The notes beneath the pieces were generated by a model. That model did no database searches, was not told the origin of the DNA, and was given only the letters and a program-made list of their open reading frames with translations. The translations under genes were made by a program, and so were the position numbers. 64,000 nt of DNA from Methanomethylovorans hollandica DSM 15978 (GTDB lineage Archaea > Halobacteriota > Methanosarcinia > Methanosarcinales > Methanosarcinaceae): contig NC_019977.1 in NCBI RefSeq assembly GCF_000328665.1, positions 1 to 64,000 on the forward strand. Direction: 5' to 3'. This document shows, in pieces, positions 10,904 to 20,374 of this stretch (its first letter is position 1; each line of letters starts with the position of its first letter).

Positions 10904-11081
10904 TGAGTTTTCCTCCTTTTATGATTTTTTAGACACTTTTACAGCATCCAGCAACACCCAACCTATCAACAAGAAATCGATGAGATAAATTGCACCATTT
11001 ATCATGGTCCATGTGTCCATTTTAATATGCCTCCGCTGTTTTATATAATTAATAGATATTTCTACTTGGGCTAACCTCCAT

Positions 11082-11113
11082 AAAAAAAAAGCCAGCGATT
11101 AATTCGCCGGCTT
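11082..11113 (-). terminator. Hairpin plus poly-U terminator after mtmB copy 1
   Basis: AGCCGGCGA-ATTAA-TCGCTGGCT followed by a T run on the minus strand. Confidence 0.75.
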
Positions 11114-11125
11114 GGTTTTGGAGGC

Positions 11126-12502
11126 TTAGAACACCAGCCCCAGTCCTTCGAGCTTCTTTCTTGCTCCTTCGTAGACTTTCATGTATTCATCCGTTGGTTC
11201 GATTGTCTTGACGTTGTAGCATTCCTGGAACGTCTTGCCAGCAGGTGCTTTAGCATAGTCGTTCTCGTACATCTTGACGAGGTTGTCCAAGATCTTGTTG
11301 ACCTCTGGGATCTCCATTCCGGCAGTAGCCCTTGCAGTTTCTCCCATCATCCTGGCTTCCATACCTGTGGTCTTGTCAAGTGCAACACCCTTTGCGGCTG
11401 CGACACCAGAGAGGATCTCACGTCCGGAAGCAGTGTCTGTGACGGACTGTGCTGCAGCTTCCAGCAGGCACATCTCGGTACATGGACCTGCACATGGGTA
11501 GTACTGGTTGCCTGAGAGAATGTTAGTGAACTCACTGATGGTTGCACATGTCCAGCCTGCGATCATGAGGGTTTCTCTGGTGTTGGTGGAACCCCATCTG
11601 ATGTGGACAGGACCGTCAAGGTGCCAGCTTGCATTGCTCATCACCATTGCGTTGATGTGGGTTGCAATGTCCACAATTGCTGTCTCTTCTACGCCGCCGG
11701 TGTAACCACCGAATATGGGCATCTGTTCGTCCATAATGATGTTGCTGTTAGCCTGATAGTGTGCTATTACAGCAATTGCGTCCAGGTCGATCTTGAGCTC
11801 ATTGAGCTGTGAGACCTCGTGACTGTCACTGCTTTTCATGCCACCGGCACAGTCTGCAGCTATATTTCCCTGAGCGGACAGGGAAGTCTCTGGTCCCTAT
11901 ATGCCCATACCTGGGCGGCCTGCCATAGCACATGCCTGCTTGATAAGCCTGGTTTCTGTCTTGGCTGCAAGTATTTCGTATGGGCTGCCTGGTACAGGTG
12001 ACTTGCCGCGGATGGACATCATCACACCATCTACAATGGTGTCGACTTCCTTCTCAAGGGCATAGCTCATGTGTATTGGCATGAACATATCTTCGGATAT
12101 TGGGGAACCAGTTGGGCCACCCTGAATAATAGGTTTCTTCTTGTCGCCGACATTTCTCTTGCTGACACGCACAGCGTCCCTGCCAGTTCCCAGCCTGAAG
12201 TCCTCGCCTGAATTCTTAATGGCATCCCAGATCTCGTCTTCAGTATACTTGACGACCCTGTGGGTGTCGGTACAGAAGATACCACATTCAAGAAGTAACT
12301 CGAAACCTGCCTTGAACAGTTTCTCCATCATGTCCTTGTCAGTGGGGACGAACTCGCCCTTGAAATCCAGACCATACTTCTGCTTAAGTTCCATTGTCTT
12401 GGATGGGAGGACCATAAGATCCCAGTCGTCCTGAGTTATCTTCTCGCCGCTCTTTGCGCGGTCATAGAAATCATAAACATCAAATGATTTTCTGTATGTC
12501 AT
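11126..12502 (-). CDS. mtmB: Monomethylamine methyltransferase, Pyl-containing (copy 1)
   Basis: Two track ORFs are in frame across a TAG at 11897-11899 (codon 202, GRPGMGI-O-GPETSLS). Confidence 0.97.
11811..11896 (-). promoter_or_regulatory. PYLIS-like stem-loop 3' of the amber codon (copy 1)
   Basis: TTCCCTG/CAGGGAA and GAGAC/GTCTC complementarity right after the UAG. The functional need for PYLIS is debated. Confidence 0.55.
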
Positions 12503-12514
12503 CTACAAACCTCC

Positions 12515-13165
12515 TTATTTCATGATATCAATGGCTACACGGGCTGCTTCAGCTGCGTTCTCTGCTGTTGCATCAGCACCGATTTCTTTTATCCATTCCT
12601 TGGTAACAGGTGCGCCACCGAACATGCACTTTACACTGTCCCTGAGGCCTGCTTCCTTGAGCAGTATGACCACGTCTTTCTGGCCAAGCATGGAGGTTGT
12701 CATGAGTGCAGAACCTACGAGGACGACTTTATGTCCCTTGAGTTTGGCTACTTCTTCAACGACAGTCTCGTTAGGTACATCCACACCCAAATCAACGATG
12801 GTAAATCCGCTGGCACCCAGCATTGTGGACACTAACCTGTGACCTATGTCGTGAATGTCTCCTTCCTGCACAAAAGTAATTGCGGTACCTGTGCCTTCTC
12901 CCGGCTTCTCCTTTGCAAGTTCAGGGGCCAGGATTTCCATTGCGCCGTTCATGGCCTTAGCTGACATCATGATCTGAGGTAAGTAGATCTCAGCTTTCTC
13001 AAATTTTTCACCAACAATATTCATACCCAATGCAAGGCCATCGTTGATAGCATCAAATGCAGGAACACCGGCTTCAAGGGCTTCCTTTGCTGCTGCAACG
13101 CAACCATTGATGTCCTGTTTGACTATGGTGTCTCTAAGTTTGTCAAGAATTTCTTGTTTACCCAT
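12515..13165 (-). CDS. mtmC: Monomethylamine corrinoid protein (copy 1)
   Basis: B12-binding motif EGDIHDIGH, SALMTTS, FGGAP; directly upstream of mtmB. Confidence 0.95.
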   Translation of the reverse strand: MGKQEILDKLRDTIVKQDINGCVAAAKEALEAGVPAFDAINDGLALGMNIVGEKFEKAEIYLPQIMMSAKAMNGAMEILAPELAKEKPGEGTGTAITFVQEGDIHDIGHRLVSTMLGASGFTIVDLGVDVPNETVVEEVAKLKGHKVVLVGSALMTTSMLGQKDVVILLKEAGLRDSVKCMFGGAPVTKEWIKEIGADATAENAAEAARVAIDIMK

Positions 13166-13597
13166 TTAAGTTCCTCCTATTGTAAATCAACTGTACTTTC
13201 AGCAATGCCATTACACGCTATGCTAATGGCTTACCTTCAGAACAGTTTATGATCAGGAAGTCATTCTGAAAACTTCCTACCCCATGATGGTATACGCTAA
13301 TATATAGTATAATTTGTAGCTGCTTTTCCATAGAAGTACTAATATTGCACTTCTTTTTGATTTTAAGTAAAGTATATGACTTTGTGTAGGAACAGGATAT
13401 TACAGATGTCATATGAAAGGCAGAAGATATGTGATATTACATGAGGTATATGATCTTGCAATATATATGCGAATTAACTGTCAATATCTAAATTTTCATG
13501 AGCATCTGGCGCTGGACAATCTTCACTCTGCACAAAGTATTAATAGAGCATTAGAAAGATACGTTATCAATGGCAATAAAGTGAGTTTTAGAGTATT

Positions 13598-14407
13598 ATG
13601 CGATATTCACTGATGAACATTATCTGGTATTCAGAAAAGAGAAAGAATATTCTTCTCCTGTTAAAAGAAGGACCAAGGGATATAGATAGAATAAAAATTT
13701 CCCTTAATGAGACCTCACGGTCTATAATGCCTCAGATCAAAAAACTCTTGCAAAAGAAACTCATAGTTCAGGATGGAGAAAAGTACTATCTATCTGAAAT
13801 AGGAGAACTGATAGTAGAGAATATTGAGCCGCTATTGAATACAATGAGAGTGATAGAAGAGAACAAAGAATTCTGGGCGACAAGGGATCTTAGCGCTCTT
13901 CCTCAAAATCTTTTTAATAGATTAGGTGAACTGGGACATTACTTGCTAATAGAACCTGATCTAGATCGTATGTTCGAGCTCCCTAAAGAATTCAAAGATA
14001 ACGTACTTAAGTCCAAAAAAATGTCCACTTTTATATCTTATGTACATCCACATATCCCTTCCTTTTACTTAGAATTAGCAGACAAAGGTGTTTCTCTTTC
14101 ATTGTTCATGACTAACGCAGCATTCCAGAAAATGAATTCTGAATATATTACAGAGATGGAAGCTATTTCATCTTACAATGATGTTGAAATCTTTCTGTGC
14201 GATGAGAACATACCTTTGCCAACAGTGGCTGTAACTGGATGGTTCACATATCTTTGCTTTTTAAACAGTGAGGGAAGATACGACCACAGGGACATAATTA
14301 GTTTTGATGAAAGTGCATTGCTTTGGAGTACTGAACTTATTGATTATTGCAGAAGCAAATCTGAAAGAGTCTGTCTTCCTAAGGAAAAGAGCAACTTAGA
14401 TCATTGA
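13598..14407 (+). CDS. ArsR-like winged-helix regulator with DUF1724-type C-terminal domain (Msr-like)
   Basis: SEKRKNILLLLKEGP N-terminus, LGELG, SALLWS..L..Y C-terminus; divergent from mtmCB. Confidence 0.85.
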   Translation: MRYSLMNIIWYSEKRKNILLLLKEGPRDIDRIKISLNETSRSIMPQIKKLLQKKLIVQDGEKYYLSEIGELIVENIEPLLNTMRVIEENKEFWATRDLSALPQNLFNRLGELGHYLLIEPDLDRMFELPKEFKDNVLKSKKMSTFISYVHPHIPSFYLELADKGVSLSLFMTNAAFQKMNSEYITEMEAISSYNDVEIFLCDENIPLPTVAVTGWFTYLCFLNSEGRYDHRDIISFDESALLWSTELIDYCRSKSERVCLPKEKSNLDH

Positions 14408-14419
14408 GGGGGTGGATAA

Positions 14420-15196
14420 ATGGAAACATTATCAGAAACAATTTGGTTTTCAGAAAAACGTAAAGAGCTCATGTTCTTACTATTGGAAGGCCCAAAAACT
14501 TCTGAAGAAATAGAACATAAAATGGGAGTAGCCTGGAGATCGATGATGCTCCCAGTAAAAGAACTTAAGGAAATGGACCTGCTTGTAACTGAAAATAGCA
14601 GATATATGCTATCTAGCATCGGTAGGATCGTAACAGAGAATGCAAAGCCTGTTTCAGATATCATAGATGTACTGGACAAGAACACTGATTATTGGGCAAA
14701 CAGAAATCTAAAGTTGATTCCCAGGAGACTCTGCAGAAGGCTTGGAGAACTGGGAAATTTTTCTCTCATAGAGCCTGAACTAAAAGATATGTTCGAATTG
14801 CCTGAAAAATATATGACTTCAATTTCCAGATCTACCCACATAATGTCAGTATTATCCTTTTTCCATCCCTCTTACCTTTCAATTTTTAGTGAGATGGCCT
14901 CAAAAGGTGTTGAGATTTCACTTCTGCTAACAGAATCTGTGTGGCAGAGAATAAAAGAGGATTTCCAGGAACATAAGGACCAATTGGAAAATATCGGTAA
15001 TGCACATGTATTCGTTTATCAGCATGAATCTGCACCTCCAACTATAGTTGCCACTGATGTTTTCCTGCTTTTAAGCATCTTTAATAAAGAAGGCAGGTAT
15101 GACCACAGAGATATTCTGAGTTTCGATGCAAGTGCACTGCAATGGGGCAAAGAGTTGTTCCTTCATTATGTTGAAAGTTCCATTAAAGTGATTTGA
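14420..15196 (+). CDS. ArsR-like winged-helix regulator, tandem paralog
   Basis: SEKRKELMFLLLEGP; shares EGRYDHRDI.SFD with the preceding gene. Confidence 0.85.
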   Translation: METLSETIWFSEKRKELMFLLLEGPKTSEEIEHKMGVAWRSMMLPVKELKEMDLLVTENSRYMLSSIGRIVTENAKPVSDIIDVLDKNTDYWANRNLKLIPRRLCRRLGELGNFSLIEPELKDMFELPEKYMTSISRSTHIMSVLSFFHPSYLSIFSEMASKGVEISLLLTESVWQRIKEDFQEHKDQLENIGNAHVFVYQHESAPPTIVATDVFLLLSIFNKEGRYDHRDILSFDASALQWGKELFLHYVESSIKVI

Positions 15197-15213
15197 AACA
15201 CTGAAGAGGCACA

Positions 15214-18084
15214 ATGATGGGATTTAACGATCTATCCATAAAATTTAAATTAACTCTTTATATAGTAGTAGGGGTTTTTCTGGTGCTGGCAGTGTCCACA
15301 GGAGTTATTATTACCACAGTGACTACTCAGCAGGAGAAATTGGCCTATCAGCAATCCATTGAGCTGGCCAGGGACTACGCCAACCAGTTCGATGGCGATA
15401 TGAGGCAGTCAAAAGCTATTGCTCAGACACTTGCAAATTCAATGGAAGTTTATTCGTCTTCAGACAGGGATGAGGTAAATGATATGCTCAGGAACTTGCT
15501 GCTGAAAAACCCCTCAATTACAGGTGTCTATGTCGGATACGAACCCAATGCTTTCGACGGTAAAGATGATGAATACTCTGGCACTAATGGTCATGATGAA
15601 ACCGGGCGTTTTATTCCTTATTGGAACAAGATCAGTGGTAGTGTGGCTCTGGTGCCTCTTGAGTATTACGATGAATATGATTACTATCAAAAGACAAAAA
15701 AAACAACCATGGATGTTGTTACAGAACCATACTACTACCAAGGCATATTCATGGTAAGCTTTGATTCACCAATTATCAAGGATGGCAGTTTCGTGGGGAT
15801 AGGGGGAGTGGATGTTTCCCTGAAGTACATAGATGATGTCATGGACAATGTAAAGGCATTCGATACGGGTTATGCTTTTGTGACCGGGAACACCGGTATC
15901 CTGGTCTCTCATCCTGTGCACAAGGACTGGATAGCTTCAAAAACTCTATACGACTTTGGCATACCAGAAATATCTGAAGCTGCAGACAATATAAAAGAAG
16001 GAAAAGGTGGTAACTTCGAAACAGTAGATCCAGCTACAGGTAAAGATGCAATAATGTTCTATGAGCCGGTGAAGACCGGAAACTATTCTTTTATTCTCGT
16101 AGTTCCTAAAGATGAGATGCTTGCAGGTGTGGCTTCCCTTAGGAACAAACTCATCATAATCTCTGCCATCTCTATTGCGTTCATGGGACTTGTGGCTTAT
16201 CTCATAGCAATGTCCATAACCAGACCGATCAATAAGATCGTCACCAGTTTTAAAATGATCTCACAGGATGCTGTAGAAGGTAAACTGGATGCGAGGGCAA
16301 ATACTGACGTAGGAGTAGACTTCAGGGAGATACCTAAAGGCCTCAATGAAATACTTGATGCTGTGACAGCTCCAATTCGGGAGAATATGAGAGTTACTAA
16401 TGCTCTTGCTAAAGGAGAACTTAAAACAAGGATACAACTTGATCTGAAGGGTAAATTTAAGCAGGCAGGCGATACATTGGATAATTTCGCCGAATATCTG
16501 GATAGGATCATAGAAGACTCTAATAGCGTGCTTACTGCTATCCAGAATAATGACTTCTCTAAACCTGTTAAAGTATATGGAGAAGGTGATCTACGCATAC
16601 TCACTAATGGTATCGAACAGACACGCTTGTCTCTGGACGAGGCCACTACAGAGCGCATAAAGGCTGAATATGCACTACGAGAATCCGAAAAGAAGTTCAG
16701 AACACTCTTTGATAGTACGAGTGATGCAATATATCTCCATGACATGGAAGGAAAAATACTTGAGGTCAACCAGTTAGCATGTGAAAGAATGGGTTATACC
16801 CATGACGAATTCCTTCAGATGAAACAGACTGATATAGATGGTACTTTTACAGGTAAATATTTACTTGAACTGATCAAGGAACTTTGTAAGCTAAAAAGTA
16901 ATATTTTTGAGACAGTGCATGTTACAAAAAGTGGTAAGATACTGCCTGTAGAACTCAGCAGCCGCCTCATCAAGTATGATGGTAAAAAAGCTGTATTGAC
17001 CATAGCTCGTGACATCACTGAGCGCAAACGCATAGAAAAGGCTCTTAAGCAATACGCTGAACAACTTGAGATTTCTAACAAACTAAAAGAAGAAATGGAA
17101 AGAGTTGTGAATAGCAGTCCTGTAATCGTATTTAAATGGAGAATGGAAAAAGACTGGCCAGTTGAATTTGTTTCTGAGAACATCACCCAGATAGGTTATA
17201 CTGTCGAAGATTTTATTTCTGGTCAAATCAAGTATGCGGATATTTTACATCCAGAGGATCGCGAAAGATTCCACTATAGGCTTGAGCAACATCAAGGCAC
17301 TCCTTCTGATCAGTTCAATCAAGAATACAGGATCTTCACGAAATCAGGAGATGTCAGGTGGGTAGATGAAAGAACTTTTATCCAGACAGAACCATCTGAA
17401 GAAATTATGCTTCAGGGTATCATTCTTGACGTTACTGAACGTAAAAAGGCTGAGGAAGCACTTTTAAGGACAGAGGAGATCCGTAAGAAAGAGATCCATC
17501 ACAGAGTTAAAAATAATCTCCAGGTAATATCAAGTCTGCTATTCCTTGAATCTGAGAATTTCAAAGATAAAGAGATAGTTGAGGCTTTTCTGGACAGCCG
17601 TAACCGTGTGAGATCGATGGCATTGATCCATGAGGAATTATATCAATCAGGAGATATGTCCACAATTGATTTTGCAGATTATACCCGCAACTTACTGAAT
17701 TTCCTGACAAAATCCTATTTTATGGAATCCAAAAAGATTAAATTAAATTCAAAGATAGAAAATGTTTATCTGGGCATGGACACTGCCATTCCTCTGGGAA
17801 TGATAATAAATGAACTGGTCTCCAATTCGCTCAAGCATGGATTCCCGCATACTATCGAAGGGAATGTTAATGTTACTCTTGAGCTTGATGGTAATGAGTT
17901 CACCCTACAGATAAGTGATGATGGCATAGGATTCCCTGAAAGCATCAATTTCAGACAAACTACTTCTCTGGGCCTGCAGCTTGTGACAACTCTTGTTGAG
18001 CAGATAAACGGAACTATTGAACTTGAAAACAATAGGGGAACATCTTTTAAAATACGTTTTAAAGAGTTTAAGTGTAAGGTTTAG
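15214..18084 (+). CDS. Membrane sensor histidine kinase (dCache-HAMP-PAS-PAS-HisKA_2-HATPase)
   Basis: Two TM helices flanking a Cache domain, PAS/PAC motifs, KEIHHRVKNNLQ H-box, NELVSNSLKHG, DDGIG, LGLQLV. Confidence 0.92.
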   Translation: MMGFNDLSIKFKLTLYIVVGVFLVLAVSTGVIITTVTTQQEKLAYQQSIELARDYANQFDGDMRQSKAIAQTLANSMEVYSSSDRDEVNDMLRNLLLKNPSITGVYVGYEPNAFDGKDDEYSGTNGHDETGRFIPYWNKISGSVALVPLEYYDEYDYYQKTKKTTMDVVTEPYYYQGIFMVSFDSPIIKDGSFVGIGGVDVSLKYIDDVMDNVKAFDTGYAFVTGNTGILVSHPVHKDWIASKTLYDFGIPEISEAADNIKEGKGGNFETVDPATGKDAIMFYEPVKTGNYSFILVVPKDEMLAGVASLRNKLIIISAISIAFMGLVAYLIAMSITRPINKIVTSFKMISQDAVEGKLDARANTDVGVDFREIPKGLNEILDAVTAPIRENMRVTNALAKGELKTRIQLDLKGKFKQAGDTLDNFAEYLDRIIEDSNSVLTAIQNNDFSKPVKVYGEGDLRILTNGIEQTRLSLDEATTERIKAEYALRESEKKFRTLFDSTSDAIYLHDMEGKILEVNQLACERMGYTHDEFLQMKQTDIDGTFTGKYLLELIKELCKLKSNIFETVHVTKSGKILPVELSSRLIKYDGKKAVLTIARDITERKRIEKALKQYAEQLEISNKLKEEMERVVNSSPVIVFKWRMEKDWPVEFVSENITQIGYTVEDFISGQIKYADILHPEDRERFHYRLEQHQGTPSDQFNQEYRIFTKSGDVRWVDERTFIQTEPSEEIMLQGIILDVTERKKAEEALLRTEEIRKKEIHHRVKNNLQVISSLLFLESENFKDKEIVEAFLDSRNRVRSMALIHEELYQSGDMSTIDFADYTRNLLNFLTKSYFMESKKIKLNSKIENVYLGMDTAIPLGMIINELVSNSLKHGFPHTIEGNVNVTLELDGNEFTLQISDDGIGFPESINFRQTTSLGLQLVTTLVEQINGTIELENNRGTSFKIRFKEFKCKV

Positions 18085-18092
18085 GTGGGAGA

Positions 18093-18509
18093 ATGACAGA
18101 AGCAAAGATACTTGTAGTTGAAGATGAGAACATAGTTGCTCTTGAAATAAAGAAAAGATTGCAGAAGTTAGGCTATATAGTGCCGAGTGTGGCGTCAACC
18201 GGGGAAGACGCGATCAGTAAGGTTGAAGGTATTCTTCCGGATCTTGTGTTGATGGACATAATGCTCAAAGGTGAGATCGACGGAATAGATGCTGCAGGGG
18301 AGATCAGGAAGCGTTTTAACATACCTGTAGTCTATCTAACTGCATATTCTGATGAGGAGACATTGCAGAGGGCCAAGTTGACAGAACCCTATGGTTATAT
18401 TCTGAAACCTTTTGAGGAAAATGATCTGCGTACAACAATAGAAATTGCACTATATAGACATCAAAATTTAAATGGCAGCAAAAAAAAAGAAGGTTATATC
18501 ACTGAATAA
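18093..18509 (+). CDS. Single-domain response regulator (receiver)
   Basis: ILVVEDE, DLVLMDIML, YLTAY, YILKP. Confidence 0.92.
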   Translation: MTEAKILVVEDENIVALEIKKRLQKLGYIVPSVASTGEDAISKVEGILPDLVLMDIMLKGEIDGIDAAGEIRKRFNIPVVYLTAYSDEETLQRAKLTEPYGYILKPFEENDLRTTIEIALYRHQNLNGSKKKEGYITE

Positions 18510-19273
18510 AGCATAGATGTAACTCCTATGAAGAGAGGTTCCATGACTAGATCTACTCTGTATTTACCTCCGACTTCCTGAGGCAATCCACAGGGTATTC
18601 CAGGTGTTGAGACCAGACATCTCTCTGCTATCATACCCTCGGTTATTGTGTTTGCATTGGGTGTTGCTTCGAATACCATGGAAAACTTCTTTCGATCCTC
18701 TTTGCAGTATTCCTTAATTCCAATTTCATGAGCTGCTTTATCCAGAAAATCTCTGTTAGGATCACAGGCATAAACATCGAACCCTTTTTCTGCAAGATGT
18801 TTAGCTCCTGCATATCCTACTCTTCCAAGGCCTATAACAAGGATCTCACTTGAGCCTGAGTCCTTAAACCTGGAAGCGATCTCTGAATAGATGATGCCTG
18901 TTGCTTCATGGTTAGTGACCAATTTTCCATTCCTGAGATTGTGAGCGATGAAAAGATGATCATCAGCCATTAATAGTATATCTGCGCCATCCCTTATAGC
19001 CTCATAATATCCTGCCACATCTGTATGCTGAGTAATGAAACCTTCAAGCCCAAGGCGCTGAGCTATGAAAAGCAAGGAAGAGGTAAAATTGCTTATGATT
19101 CCATTACCTGCGGTTATGGGTATTATACCAACCTTTTCCGATCCCAGGTCTTTTCCATAGAGTTCTTTGCAGATATCTGTAAGTCTGGTTCCTGTAACTC
19201 TTTCAATGGTAGACTCACTCTCTTCAAATTGAGCAGAGAGATTATCAAGGTCTTCGGGTGTGAGCAATGCCAT
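18494..19273 (-). CDS. pylD: Pyrrolysine synthase (3-methylornithyl-lysine dehydrogenase)
   Basis: MALLTPEDL start, ADILLMADD, Rossmann GLGRVG, last gene of the pyl operon. Confidence 0.95.
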   Translation of the reverse strand: MALLTPEDLDNLSAQFEESESTIERVTGTRLTDICKELYGKDLGSEKVGIIPITAGNGIISNFTSSLLFIAQRLGLEGFITQHTDVAGYYEAIRDGADILLMADDHLFIAHNLRNGKLVTNHEATGIIYSEIASRFKDSGSSEILVIGLGRVGYAGAKHLAEKGFDVYACDPNRDFLDKAAHEIGIKEYCKEDRKKFSMVFEATPNANTITEGMIAERCLVSTPGIPCGLPQEVGGKYRVDLVMEPLFIGVTSMLYSVI

Positions 19274-20364
19274 TATGGTACCTCCTGTTCTGGCGTACTA
19301 AGTATCATTTCGTGTGCCTTTTTTCTGTTCGTTTCAGCTTTTTCCTGGTCTCCACCCCAGGTTATAACTGTAAATGCCTTATGTTCTCCATCACGCTGGA
19401 ATATCTCTATACTTTCCGATTCATGGATCGGCCTGTAATTGTTTCCCATTGACAGAATGTGCTCACCAACAGGTGACAATTTTCCATCCTTGAGGATAAG
19501 GTGCTCATATATGCAGTAATTACCCTCTGGTGCCTGGACTATCTCCTGTACACCTTCTGTAAAAGCCTGCATAAGTAGTTCCAGAAGATTAACTCCTGAA
19601 GAATGATAGACAGCTGTAGGTGTCTGGCTGGGGAACCTGGCGTCTATTTCTAGCACTTTCAGTCCCTGAGGACTGTAAATTGCTTCCACGTCCATGATAC
19701 CCTTGAGCTTAAGATTGCGTGCAAGTTCATAGGTGATCCTCCTTAGTTCAGGATTGTGACTGACAGGTGTTACCATATGGCAATCGTGGGTATCATCAAT
19801 ATGGATCTTTGTTTCCTTTACCACCGCAAAATGTTCTCCATCTCCTACAACTTCAAGAGACAACACATCTCCTTCCACATATTCTTCTATGAGCATGGTA
19901 GGGTCAAGACCTTTCAGGCCTTCATCATCATAGATTATGGCTGTACCAATGCTGCTGCTCATGCAGGAAGGTTTTACAAAATATGGTGGATGAGTGGGTT
20001 TATCTGTAGGTGTTGGAATACCTATGGATCTGAAGTATTTTTTCGATGTGTTCTTATCCCTGCTTATCCTGTATGCATCAAAATCAAAGAGCAAAGAACA
20101 ATGAAGCCTATCCTTTATGGTCTCAAGGAAATCGATAGTATCGAAATTTTCGTTTACAGGGATCATGGCATCGACAGCTGCTGATATCTCTATGAGCCTT
20201 TCAGGTTGCTCCACAATGTCAAAACAATGGAACGTATCAACCAGATCCTTTATGAACGCATTTTTATTCCTGTCTATCAATACAACTCTAATGCCTGCTT
20301 TTCTGGCATGGTATGCTACCTCGAAACCCTGCAGCTTACCTCCGATCAAACATATTTGTTTCAT
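19273..20364 (-). CDS. pylC: 3-methylornithine--L-lysine ligase
   Basis: CLIGGKLQGFE start; ATP-grasp motifs EEYVEG and EIDARFPSQTP. Confidence 0.95.
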   Translation of the reverse strand: MKQICLIGGKLQGFEVAYHARKAGIRVVLIDRNKNAFIKDLVDTFHCFDIVEQPERLIEISAAVDAMIPVNENFDTIDFLETIKDRLHCSLLFDFDAYRISRDKNTSKKYFRSIGIPTPTDKPTHPPYFVKPSCMSSSIGTAIIYDDEGLKGLDPTMLIEEYVEGDVLSLEVVGDGEHFAVVKETKIHIDDTHDCHMVTPVSHNPELRRITYELARNLKLKGIMDVEAIYSPQGLKVLEIDARFPSQTPTAVYHSSGVNLLELLMQAFTEGVQEIVQAPEGNYCIYEHLILKDGKLSPVGEHILSMGNNYRPIHESESIEIFQRDGEHKAFTVITWGGDQEKAETNRKKAHEMILSTPEQEVP

Positions 20365-20374
20365 GCCACCACTC

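Larger units (their letters stand above)
11083..13243. repeat. ~2.16 kb inverted duplication of mtmCB (partner 37779-39939)
   Basis: Near-identical sequence including ~75 nt of leader and the terminator; only a handful of substitutions seen. Confidence 0.95.

Noticed and set aside
13218..13412. 64-aa minus-strand ORF ending in TAG upstream of mtmC copy 1, as another amber leader
   Set aside because: It runs through AT-rich promoter DNA, has no clear SD, and most of it is not shared with copy 2.
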